DNA of 64,000 bases, taken from contig CM119381.1 in the NCBI GenBank assembly GCA_051294905.1, positions 13,082,001-13,146,000 on the forward strand, read 5' to 3'. This DNA is from Botryllus schlosseri (lineage: Eukaryota). Of the stretch, positions 1 through 11,704 are shown in pieces. The first letter of the stretch is position 1. The number at the start of each line of letters is the position of its first letter. A program made the position numbers and the translations under genes. A model generated the notes under the pieces. That model did not search any database and had not been told where the DNA came from. It saw only the letters and a list, made by a program, of their open reading frames with translations.

Positions 1-1249
1 AAACTTGGCAATTTCTAGCTTCATATCTTCTAGGTTTAGAACACCAAATCTTTAGAGAAACGATCTATCAGTTGCACATCCAGGCCCCCGTGGGGCTTTG
101 GCAATGATATGGATGATCCGATGTTGAAGTTTGTGCAGTGGGTCTATTGTATTCTTGCAGGCAGCACCCCAACAAAGAATTCCGTATTGTAACTTTGATA
201 GGAATAGAGTGTTGAAGAGTATCAAGAGCACGCTTGAGCAAGAGCACCTTGGCCTACAGCGGTGGTTCTCATTGTTCTCAAACTGGGGGGCGCCCCCCCC
301 CTTCACTTGAGGGGCGCGGAAGCATCTGAAGGTGGGAGCAAAGCTGCGCTCAACTGAAATTTTTTCGCGCCTTGCGCCATTTACCTCCATTTCATAGTTA
401 TAATTGCTCTGTGTATAGTTCTAATTTCATATTTGAGAATTCTCTCATCAACGATCATAACCTTCCATGCCAAGAAACTATCCGTTGGGATTGCTAGCAT
501 TCTTGTTACATTTTGTGATGTGAAGATAAGGGAGGCGCGAAATTCTTCACTGCGTCCAAGTTACCTGCGTCCAAGTTACCTGCAGTGCAAATGAGATCGG
601 AGGCGGTATGCATTTGGATATTTACGTCAGGGTTTTTTGGCAGATGTAGAATGTAGATTGTAGAATGTAGATATATCCTTGTCTGTCATTTGACGGTGGT
701 GGAAGTGGTTTGAGAAATTTCGACGAATGAGCGATGAAGTAGTATTAGTATTATCAGTTCTCGGGCCTCTGCTGTTCATAATTTACATCAATGATAATGG
801 TCATTTATTTGACAACTGTTGTTTAGAGTGTTTGCTGATTACACAAGCCTAGTTTATACTGCTAGGGTCACCACGTCCTCCTTTAGGAGGATTTGTCCTC
901 CTTTTTCAGTAAATTGATAATGTCATCCGTGAAAGTATAATGACTAGGGCGAATTTTTTACCAAAAAAACGGAAGATATTTCCTGAAAAATCAAACTTTT
1001 GACATTTTTTTAACTTAAAAAACTTAATTTTGACCAAATTTTTACCTAACATATGCAAATTAGGTGTTTTCTTACATTATGTTAGAATTGTACTACTTAT
1101 CTTCATTTCTGCTTGGAACTGTCATTCTTTATGAAGTAATTTGGCCTGCAAAATACTTTTTTGACTCGAAACTGGCAGATTTTTACATAAAAAAAACTTT
1201 TTTTAACGAAATCTGCCCCTATGAAGAATTCCAGTAGTTATATCACATA

Positions 1250-1501
1250 TTATCGTAAAAATAATTGAAATTTGTTGTAGTACAACAAAAGATACTTTCC
1301 TACATTCTCGGGTAGAAAGCGTCTTTCCTTACTAAGTATCTTGCCAAGAATGGAGAAAGAACGTACAACAGCAGCAGTTGTTGGCTGACAACACTGAACT
1401 TGTGCATACACTGCTAATGATCCACAGTGTTGCTTCATTCTGACAATGGTGTCTACATCACAATTTTTCATCATACGCTTCTTGATATAAGAACCATGCA
1501 A
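1250..1501 (-). pseudogene. hAT transposase C-terminal (dimerisation domain) fragment
   Basis: CCQPTTAAVVRSFSILGKILSKERRFLPENVGKYLLLYYN matches the hAT pTsa.vERSFS...R...eN motif. A paralog lies at 17636-17863. Confidence 0.75.
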
Positions 1502-1643
1502 TGCCCACGCAGTCTTGCTTCAGTTAGGATATTGCGGTACGTTGAGCATAGCAACCTGTGAACCTATATTTGTTTCATTTGAATGTTTATGATTCAAAAT
1601 GAGCATGCAATGGGCCGTCTACAGCGGAAAGCATATAAAGTAG

Positions 1644-3733
1644 CAGGGCTGTGGAGTCGGAGTCGGAGTCGGTGGAGTCGGAGTCGGAGTCTGGGTAATT
1701 TTCGCTTGATGGAGTCGGAGTCGGAGTCTGGGTAATTTTCGATTGATGGAGTCGGAGTCGGAGTCGTGAAAACTAGAATAGCTGGAGTCGGAGTCGGAGT
1801 CGGAGTCGTGGGAAAAATACCGACTGGAGTCGGAGTCGGAGTTTGTTAGAATGACCCTGACTTCGACTCCGACTCCGACTCCAGCTTCTCTATCATGAAA
1901 ACATTTGCTTTCAAAGAATTTTCAATAGAATTTTTATCTACCACCAATCACAGTTATTAATAACCATGCAGATCAAGTGCGGCCAGCCCATGGCACGCAG
2001 GCCTAATTTGGCACACGAGAAGGTTAGGTTTGGCCTGCGAGGTAATTCTCGAAATTATTTATGACATCAGGTACAATTGCAAGGCCAACCAAAATTTGAT
2101 TAGCATGACCGCGAAATTTGATGATGACTAAAACAACAGTTCTGACGCATTGACGTATCCAATCCAGGGTCCAGCCACATTTATCTCAGATCTTCGTATA
2201 TGACCATAAAGTAGAATATTTCATAGCAGATTTATTTGACTTGAAATTTTTCTCGGTACTTCGCATGATTCATTGTCACTAGATTTCTTGCATTCAGTAT
2301 TTTAACCCCCTTCTTAAAATTATAAATACATAATATTCACAGAATTGAGTTTAATTATATTCCCAATTAGGAGATAACGTGTCGTCCAACATGCGGCTTC
2401 GCTTGTGCACTCGCGGCGAGATCGTCGACAAAACATTTGCACAAAATGATATAGGCACGTTCACTGATACCGTCGATTTTGCTATGTCTAAACGTCGAAT
2501 AATCCTGTCCTTGCCAAACGAGCCCAGTGTTACACAGATTGATATATTTCAGTCATTACCTTGCAAAATAATTTCGCGCTTCGCGCGACCAGGGCCTGAA
2601 TGCGCACTGCACAGTTGCATGACATATTGTTATTAATTTTAGAGCGTATTAATATAAGTCTTGTTTGCAAAGTTACCTAATACGGTTCGCTTCTATCGGA
2701 CGACTAAAAAAAGGTTATCAACATTCCAGTTGCCCGAGCAATGGTTCGTAAATCGCATGTGTCCCTTTGGCCGAAAAAGTTGCCCACCCCTGATATAGAT
2801 AAAATTAGACATTACTCGTAAATTACAACTCAGTTGCACAGGGGGAGAAAATCGCAATATGCGTTTTCGCGATGCAGTCAAAATTGATGCAATTTTTGGA
2901 ATTATACCATGATGCAATGACAGAGCAAATGCATCGGCTGGTTTTGTAAAATTGTAAAAATGATGTAAATATGACCAAACGATGCTTCCCACTTGACAAA
3001 ATAAAAAATTTTGTAGTGTAGCTTAGCTGTTTGGGTCGAACAAATGATTAAGAAAGACTGCAAGTCTTAATCCTTGAATACTTGATTAAGTACATGTAGA
3101 CTAGAGATAGGCTATGGTCTTTGACTACTTAACTAAATTCCTTTTATGACCAATGGCCATTAGTAGTAAGAGTGTGTGTGCTTGTAATCAGGAGAGTGTG
3201 CAATGACAAAATTAGTAAGTTCAATCTTTTTATTAGTTGCTGACTCATACACAAGAGCTACACTTTTTTATCTACATTTTTATTATACAGGATTGGATGT
3301 CTGCCATATTTGAATGATTCATACATTTCAGGATATTAGAAAGTCCATGTTATAAAAACTTGAAAAAGGAAGGATATTTAGCAAATCTTTCTTTCATGTT
3401 AATTGCATAGTGGATAATTCGAGCTGTGCCACAATGAAACAATTTAGCATGTCACCGGTAATCACATGTTTGCATATGTTTAATGGTTGTATGATAGTCA
3501 TTCAACCGACAATGTGGCATATAATTTTCGAAGTAAATTGGTAATAATGCTGGAGGCGGAGTCGGGAGTCGGAGTCGGTACGTTTAGAAAACCAGGAGTC
3601 GGAGTCGGAGTCGGAGTCGGTACGTTTAAAGACTCAGGAGTCGGAGTCGGAGTCGGAGTCGGTATATTGAAAATGTGTGGAGTCGGAGTCGGAGCCGGAG
3701 TCGGTGGTAAAATTTACCGACTCCACAGCCCTG
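1644..3733. mobile_element. hAT-type MITE with GGAGTC hexamer subterminal arrays
   Basis: Perfect 17-bp TIR CAGGGCTGTGGAGTCGG and perfect 8-bp TSD TAAAGTAG (1636-1643, 3734-3741). Second copy at 20726-21885. Confidence 0.92.
1974..2792. mobile_element. hAT-type MITE nested in the GGAGTC element
   Basis: Right end GTTGCCCACCCCTG, degenerate left end, TSD ATGCAGAT/ATATAGAT (6/8). The segment is absent from the 20726 copy. Confidence 0.6.
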
Positions 3734-4054
3734 TAAAGTAGGCTACAAGCTGTAAAATGTAAAATGATAAGTTCACCGACAGTGCAAGATCTTCGATACA
3801 AACGAAATGCAGGTTGCAAAATATTTTTGACTTTGTAAACAATTTTGACATTTTTTGACCTAACGCTACAATTTTGACAATATTTTGACTTTTTTGACAT
3901 GTCAAAAAAATCGCCCTAGTAACGACCTTTTTTTCAGTCAGATTTTCAGTAAATGTTGCACAAAGTCAGCTGTTTTCGATTTCGGTAAACTAACTTTTAT
4001 GATTTTTAAAAAGTGCCCTCCTTTTCCGGATTCCAAAATATGATAACCCTAAGT

Positions 4055-5750
4055 CAGTGGTTCTCAACCAGGGGTCCGCGATGCAATTTCAGGGGGTCCG
4101 CGAGACCTCTAAATTTTCACAATGATTGATAACCTCATTTTAATTTATTTTTAATTTTAGAATACATGAGGCAGTTTCGCACCACAACTGCTAAAACCTC
4201 ATGACTCACATGATCATACTTATCGTCTGACATGAAATATTCTACTTTGCAAATTCATTTTAATTGCCAAATTACCAATAACCTACTAGTACAAACATAT
4301 TGCTGTCTCGAGACGTTTTGTTGGGGTTTGTGGAAAAAATAAAAATATGGAGGTGTAAGCGTGACTTCGGAATGTTTGCAAAACCTATTCTATTTGAAGT
4401 TGCCAGTCTCATCAAATTAGTGAACAGTCGTTTGAAATAAAATTTCTGAAGTATTTTCCGAAATTTATCCCTATGAATAGCTTGATACCTCGCCACAAAA
4501 TCCAGTTTATCCCGTGATATACATAACCAGTCTAGGGATGGTGTGAACCTCTGAAAGGTTCAGGTTCGTGTGAACACGAACCTTTTTGAAAGGTTCTGTG
4601 TGAACGCGAACGTGAACCTCATGACGTCACGTCATATTGCTAATTCCAAAACTACATTTCAGTGAAGTGATAGCCTATATCAATGTACATGATGCTTGGC
4701 GACGTCTCGGGCCACATAATGCCACAATGCTGAAGTACATATTGACATTTTCAATGTCGCAAAATGCATCAATTGAGGCAATAAAATGATATAATAATCC
4801 CATAAAATCAATATCTTCCGACGCTTCGCCAACAACTTCGACGAGGGCTTGCAACGTTGATATTGGTCAGATCGTAAAACGGGTTTCCATACTTGCTACC
4901 GATATCACCCAATTAACAAGTTATACAGCAGTAGCCAACACCCCAATCGCAGCGATACTGTTTTATGATACGATAAACATATGAAATAAAGATTGACCCC
5001 GAATACCTGCTAGATTTTTTACATCAGACAACGATATCAATTCCATCGATTGGCTGAATAAACCTACCTACCTACACGTAGTGTATTTCTATAGGTTAGT
5101 TATCTATAGTATTTCGCTCTTGATGATTGTCATTGCGCGTCAAGCTCACATCAGAGAGTCACTAAATATTCACAAACGGATATTTACAGCAAACTTTTGT
5201 AACAAGCAAGTGAAACTTTTGAGATTGTCAAGGTGCACGCTCGTTTAGTGCTGATTTTTTTTAATACTATGCCTGCACCATGCATAGAGTGGCCCGCAGT
5301 TGAAATGCAATCAATTTCAACCAAAGATGTTATAATGACGTGAAAACTGCAATATACGAAAAAGGTTCACAGTGCAGAACCTATCAAGGTTCGTTTGTGA
5401 ACGCGAACCTCTAAATTTCTGAGGTTCACACACAGAACGCGAACGTGAACCTCACGTTCACACCATCCCTAATAACCACTATTCCAGAATAACTTCAAGA
5501 TGAGATGCTAGATAAAAATGACTAGGCTGGACAAGATATGTTCATTAGAAATATGTTTCTTCATTTTGGTGCCATAAATGTTGCGATCACACCAAAAGTA
5601 TCGTCGAAAGCGTAAAGCGTTTATTATGGTTATCATATATTTTGGAATAGGGAAAGGAGGACACTTTAGAAATTCAGAAAAGTTAGTCGATGAAAGCTGA
5701 AATCAGCCGATTTCGTTATCATTGCTGAAAAAACTGATTGGTTGACTTAA
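4055..5750 (-). mobile_element. Truncated reverse copy of the GCGGACCCC hAT MITE family (cf. 11705-12891), interrupted by the 4533-5471 element
   Basis: Starts CAGTGGTTCTCAACC. The sequence matches the reverse complement of 11950-12891 on both sides of the nested insertion. The right boundary is approximate. Confidence 0.75.
4533..5471. mobile_element. MITE with TAGGGATGGTGTGAAC TIRs and GTGAAC/GCGAAC subterminal repeats
   Basis: 16-bp TIR at both ends. Flanks are ATAACCAGTC/ATAACCACTA (10 bp, 8/10). A partial second copy ends at 18675. Confidence 0.85.
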
Positions 5751-6837
5751 TAATAGGTCATTACTTTCGTTCGAATGCCGACGAACCTACGCATCGCCCC
5801 GACGAACCTATCTGATCTCTAGGCACCGCCATCCGCCAAGTTGTGTTTGAAATGGCTCTTTTTAACCTCTAATTGCTCCATATGACGATGTGTGCTGTAG
5901 TCGTTCTTTTTGTTCCCATAAGTTTTAATTTTATATTTATTTTTATTACATCTACCATCTATTTGATGTGATAATAATTGCTCCTGGGCAGCTGAGTGGC
6001 TAGGCTTTGAAGACGATGTAATATCGAGCCTCCAGTCTACTTTGCATGCTCGCATTTTAATTTATTAGGCTACTATATTCATATTGAAATGAACCTGACT
6101 ATTTTCGGCTGACACTCGTCAGGGGTAATCGTCTTCACAACTATAGTAGAGAATTGTAAAGAACATTGTAGGTCAACAATCGTATCACAAAATATGACGT
6201 CACTAGCATGAAATTTCGAATAATAGAGCTTTAATTGTATACACAAACTACTTTTGTTGGCACAGCCATGGCTGTTGTGTTTTGATCAAAGTCGACTCCA
6301 ATGCACACTAATGAAAGTGTGAACGGCCCCTTCCGTCGACGCGAAATATGTCGTCTCGATAATTTTTCGCACAAGCGGGATTATTATTCATCCAACAGAT
6401 TCTTGCCAATGGCAGAATGTCCTTAGATTGCTGCGCATTTTACCGTATTGCATTTTCGTTTTTGTTGTGTCTAATGCAGGGGTCACCAACCTGGTGCCCG
6501 CGGGCCCCAGGTAGCCCGCGAGGACCAGATCAGTAGCCCGCGTGCCTGCTTTAAAAATAGATCGAATAGCAGCAATTACAAATATTCGTCAGATTATTAC
6601 CAACAGTGAGCTTTTAAATATATAGATTTATTGATTGACCCATTCTTCTTCAAATCATTCCAACGAGTAATTTACAAATGACAATAAATATATATAAACA
6701 CTTAGAATAATGATACCAAATATCCTCAATTATATCAGCATTTAATAGAATCACAAGATATCAAAGACGTAGAATACTACGGCGCCCTGTCCATACAGGC
6801 GACATGACGGAATGCCATCCGCGGTCTTCTTGAAATG

Positions 6838-6864
6838 GTGTGTGTGTGTGTGTGTGGGGGGGGG
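6838..6864. repeat. (GT)n microsatellite followed by a poly-G run
   Basis: Read directly from the sequence. Confidence 0.9.
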
Positions 6865-6912
6865 TCCGTTATAGTAGCTTGAAGTCCAGGACAATTTCAA
6901 AGTAGTAAACAA

Positions 6913-7861
6913 CAGTGTTGGGATGACTCGAGGCATGACTTGACTCGAGTCAGAGTCGAGTCACCTTTTTCGTATGACTTGACTTGACTCGAGTCACTTT
7001 GCCGAAATGACTTGACTTGACTTGACTCGGCGTATGAGAAATGTGGATTGACTCGTGACTCGGAGCAAAATTCACGAGTCAATTTCGAGTCATCAAGTAA
7101 TGGGTGTCGATAAAAGTCAATGTATCTTGCATATGGTTGGATTGTTCGCGAAACGCCGGTGTAACCCGTGAGAGCGTCCAATGATTCAATGATCGTGCAT
7201 TTTACCGAGCATCCATTGTTCTCTCACAAATAAATTGACCGTAAACGAAGTGATCGAAGCTTACACTCCTTACAGCTTACGTTGCCGTAAACTAGTATAG
7301 TAAAGTAATTGAATAGGAAAACGTATATTTCTGTTCTCTATTAAAACCTTAACCGAACATCTTGTTTTATTGAAATTTAATTCGAATATGGTTTATATAG
7401 TCCTCAAACATTGGCGCAGGCTCGAATTGTATCATATCAATTTGTAAATGAGTAATGTATTGCATCTTATCAATTCGTTTCTCTATTCTCAATTTTGGCT
7501 GGTGACTATAAACTGAGGCTACGCAATTACTTGCGCAATTAAGCAGCTCTACGTATATGTGAGCGATACAACGCCTTCTTGGGCGTATATTTAACTCTAT
7601 ATTCGTTCATTGGTTCAAAATCAATGACCACTCAATCTGTATTTTAGACAGCTAGCAAAATGCAATGACGTAATCATGCCTCATTCTTCGAAAAGGCAAC
7701 TTCTGACTTGAATTGTGACTTGACTCGTGACTTGACTTGACTTGACTCGACTTGACTCGAGTCACCTTCGAAAATCGATTGACTTGACTTGACTCGAGGC
7801 AAGATGTGCAATGACTCGAAATGACTCGTGACTCGAAGGTGGGGACTTGATCCCAACACTG
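6913..7861. mobile_element. hAT-type MITE with GACTCGAGTC/GACTT repeats, nested in 6477-8662
   Basis: Perfect 12-bp TIR CAGTGTTGGGAT and perfect TSD GTAAACAA (6905-6912, 7862-7869). Confidence 0.92.
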
Positions 7862-8045
7862 GTAAACAACATTACCATTCGGTAGCAGATAGCAGTGAAG
7901 CACTAGCAGATTTTCAATGTTTGTATGCCCATGATGTATTGTATCTTTTGACACAGCTTGTCGCTCTTACTCAACGCAGTTTAGTACTATGTTTGTAACT
8001 TTCTGTAATCGATGCTGCTGTCATGTATAATGAAATCTGCAATGT

Positions 8046-8340
8046 CTGGATGCTGAACAGTTGGAGATTTAAATTGTAACACCGCAAAATGACATCCACC
8101 TCAAAGCCCACAAGGCTGCAGTAAAAAGTACAGTTTTTATGCGCATTGCGCAGCAGCTATGAAGGCTGCAAGCGTGTTTGGTTCAACTTATCGCTGTGAA
8201 TCAGCCTTTACGGACATGAAATTCATCAAAAACGCCTCACTGATGAACATCTGGGACACTCACTCAAATCTGCAGTGTCAAGTTACATACCAGAGTACAG
8301 CGCACTAGTTGATAGCATGAAATGCCAGGCCTCCCACTGA
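8046..8340 (+). pseudogene. Decayed GTF2IRD2/SPIN-like hAT transposase C-terminus (not in the ORF track)
   Basis: Hand translation gives LDAEQLEI*IVTPQNDIHLK ... MKAASVFGSTYRCESAFTDMKFIK, then after a frameshift or deletion KRLTDEHLGHSLKSAVSSYIPEYSALVDSMKCQASH*. The FGSTYxCE, RLTDxHL and QxSH* motifs are shared with the 24327 ORF. Confidence 0.82.
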
Positions 8341-8691
8341 CTGATATAGTTACTGATAACCTGATGTCCAGTTTAAAGTGTGACATGATTTATTTTAAAA
8401 TTTGAGAATATTGTTGTTGTATAATTTATCTAAACATGGTGCGAAGTAATTCGTGATTTCTTAAAAAGTTTTGGTGGCTAGCTAGTTGAAATGAGATGTT
8501 TTGATTTAAAAGCCTTTCGGCAATGTTGTTCCTGCCCAGTACTATGAATATCACAGTGGAAATTCATTTAGATACGGGTAAACGACGGAAGTAAATGGTA
8601 GCCCGTCGATTCAATCAGTACCCAAAAGTAGCCCTTGGTTGCTAAAAGGTTGGTGACCCCTGGTCTAATGGTTATGTTTACATTGCATTGC

Positions 8692-8888
8692 NNNNNNNNN
8701 NNNNNNNNNNNNNNNNNNNNNNNNNNNNNNNNNNNNNNNNNNNNNNNNNNNNNNNNNNNNNNNNNNNNNNNNNNNNNNNNNNNNNNNNNNNNNNNNNNNN
8801 NNNNNNNNNNNNNNNNNNNNNNNNNNNNNNNNNNNNNNNNNNNNNNNNNNNNNNNNNNNNNNNNNNNNNNNNNNNNNNNNNNNNNNNN
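8692..8888. other. Assembly gap (197 N)
   Basis: Run of N. Confidence 0.99.
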
Positions 8889-10732
8889 CTAATTTTCCTC
8901 TACTTGTTCTTCGTATGTTTTGTGATTTACTTACTTTCCGCTGTTTACAGCGGGTCAAGTAGAAGTTGCAAGTTGTATCATAGAAATTTACATCGTAGCC
9001 ATTGTCGCAAGTCTAGCAAGTTGTCCTTTTCAATGATGAGCTCAGTTTAAAACACATTCGTGTGTGTGCTGGTGGATTGATTCGTTCACGGCCATGTGTG
9101 CAGAAAGATGATAGAATATTAAAGCCAACCTGTTATGAACTAACATTCTAAAAGCGGAAAGTTAGAGCAATGCTTTGTATTCAATGAAATTAGACCAGCC
9201 AAATGTTTTTCTGGTAAAGCGATATGTCAGTGGAATAGTGGAGGGGCGCCAATATTTTGAGGAGATAAAAGGCCCCTGCCCCCATTGATATGGAGAAATA
9301 TAGTCAGGGCCGAAACAGCACTTCGTCAGACCCCTCCAAAAAGTTGGTCTTGGGCCCGCAATAAGGTAATAACGCAAACGTCTGGGGGCCTTCGCCTTAT
9401 CCCCCAGACCCCCTCTCAGGCTGGACCTTTTGATTGCTACTTGTCAGCGAGATCTGTTGTACTGTTTAGTGCGTCTACTTGTATCGCTTAATCGAGCGGA
9501 TCCGTCCGTATAATGACTTTGTTACATGGTTTCATTAATTTATTTCGTGACCTCATGTCTGATATGATGACAAAAGATATTGAAATCGTCCAAACGTACC
9601 AAACTAAAAGACGCACACGGTTTCAAATTGGTATTTATTCACTGATTTTTCTCTGTTTCGTGAGGTTCAAATTGTCAGGACAGGAGCATTCGGCCCCAGC
9701 CATTTAGGCACCTATTGAATATTAAACATATATGAATAATTGTATATATATATCGAGGTTTTCGGTCAACATAGAGGGGGTCCTTTTCGGTCAAGGTTTT
9801 CTCGCTGCAAATCGTTCTGGCACACTTATCGGAGTCGCATGTTACATGGCCTAAAACTTGATACGTTTTGGTGCGTCGTGGCGCGGTAATGGCCGTCGCC
9901 CATTCTTATAAATCATGCATGTTTTTCTTGAGGACGGGTACACTATAATCAAGATAATTGGCAACTGTAGATCGCGCCTGGCGTAAATTTTTTTTATAAG
10001 TTGCATAAATTTTCAAAAATATATATATATTTTAGTTTATTTCGCGAAATAATTTTGGGCCCCCTTCGAGTTTGGCCCCCAATTGGGGGTTTGGGGTCCT
10101 TATGCAGTTAAGGTCTTGAATAGTAAATTACCGATGGTCATTAGCCCGTACGGGGTGATTAACACAACGTCTGAGGGATCTCTATGTATATATTTTACCC
10201 ATAGACATGATGTTTTGTTATAATACTACTGTTATGAACACCAGTGTGCACTGCACAGTGCACTGTGCAGTGTGCATTTACTTCCGCGTCAAGCGCGAAA
10301 AATTTTCAAAGTCGATGATAGGGATGTGCTCACAAAAGTCACAATAATATTGTTACCTGCATATTGCATGTAAGTTATTGTTATCAGATTCGCTGGTAGT
10401 GCTGATAAAAGAATTTTTGTCTTCAAAGATTTAGGGCACGTAATTAGGCTATACATCTTGATTCTTGAGCTTGGCAGGACCAATTGTCATTATCATGCCT
10501 GGTAAATTTCTCATCTTCCTTCTGAAAGTAGAAACATATCAAAATTCTGCTGCGGCAGTGATTCCAGACGGGGCTGTGTGTGATTTGTCTATGCTCCGTA
10601 CGTGGTTTGTAGTTGGAACTCTTTTCGCCCAAAACATGCATGGATACTTGTTGCAGTATGGTCGTATTGCTGCACTCGACACAAACAATATCGTACAAAA
10701 TTCGTATAGAGTGGAACTGACCCCCTAGCGAC

Positions 10733-11303
10733 CGTGTCCGTACAGTACCTAGAATGCTATTACCCAGAATGGACATTATCGAGAATACTATAACCGAGAA
10801 AGAACATTACAGAGAATAAACATAACCGAGAAAGACACTACCGCGAATGGACATTACCGAGAAAATAATAAAATAGTTCAGCAGCATTTAAAACGATGAA
10901 ATTTAGATCACTCGCAGGACGCGACGCATGGTTAGTGCTGTCAGGTATTGTTCCCCACATTATTGTTGCGCTACTGATCGGATATTAGAGCAGGACGGTC
11001 AGTAATAATAAAAAGAATAAAATCTCGGGCAGACGTTACTCTTCCAATCGAACAGAACAATTTCAAAATGCATCACGATATGTTAGAATTTTGATCACCG
11101 ATGTTGAGATTACCGAAATCCTATGTTGGTATAGATCTCGTTCTCGGTAATGCCCTTCTCGGTAATGTCCATTCTCGGTCTTGTCTTTCTCGGCGATGTC
11201 CATTCTCGGTAAGTCCATTCTCGGTGATGTCCATTCTCGGTAATGTCCATTCTAGGTAATGTCCATTCTCGGTAATAGCATTCTCTGTATTAGTCCGGAA
11301 CCG
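10733..11303. mobile_element. Unclassified foldback-type element whose long TIRs are arrays of a 16-bp unit (AGAATGGACATTACCG)
   Basis: About 7 units in the left arm and about 9 inverted units in the right arm, CG termini, perfect 8-bp TSD CTAGCGAC (10725-10732, 11304-11311). Confidence 0.82.
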
Positions 11304-11704
11304 CTAGCGACTAATGCATAACCGAGTGATAGCCTTGTTAATATCATAAAAATAGCATAAGTGCATTACATGCACTGGAAGTGCCGAGATCATTAACCAC
11401 CGAATTCACCAAGTGCCGATTTTACATAATCAATCATTTGGTTGCTTGTTGGTAAGGACATTGGTCATATACCTGTGTTGCAACGGAGCCATACTCGAGG
11501 TCGTTAGCTCACGAGATTGCCGTCTGAAAAAATCCCCTACCCTGAAAATATTTTCTTGTATTCACGTATAGAATGTAAACGTTTACGTTCTATAATTCAC
11601 GACACGAGAACCTGTGACTCTCTCGCGACTCAACTGCTATATCCGAATCGATAGGAAAATGTCAAACTCTACCATCCAAGTCTAATATACCGAATACACT
11701 AGGC

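Larger units (their letters stand above)
863..4051 (-). mobile_element. hAT (Blackjack/MER53-like TIR) deletion-derivative element hosting two nested elements
   Basis: Termini TAGGGTCACCA (863) and TGATAACCCTA (4041-4051), GTCCTC subterminal repeats, and an hAT C-terminal coding remnant inside. No TSD was recovered because another element begins at 4055. Confidence 0.75.
6477..8662 (+). mobile_element. Buster/Charlie-type hAT internal-deletion derivative
   Basis: Perfect 15-bp TIR CAGGGGTCACCAACC, perfect TSD GTCTAATG (6469-6476, 8663-8670), and a transposase C-terminal remnant inside. Confidence 0.92.

Noticed and set aside
3487-3905. ORFs rich in GVGVGV / SDSDS (also 20714-20896)
   Set aside because: They are translations of the GGAGTC subterminal repeat of a MITE.
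6897-7954. ORFs rich in SSQVKS / DSTR (also 51189-51612)
   Set aside because: They are translations of GACTCGAGTC repeats in MITEs.
8635-9050. ORFs spanning the N run
   Set aside because: Artefacts of the assembly gap.
10733-11303. Repeat arrays here and at 23890-24010 as CRISPR
   Set aside because: The units are contiguous with no unique spacers, there are no cas genes, and the context is eukaryotic.
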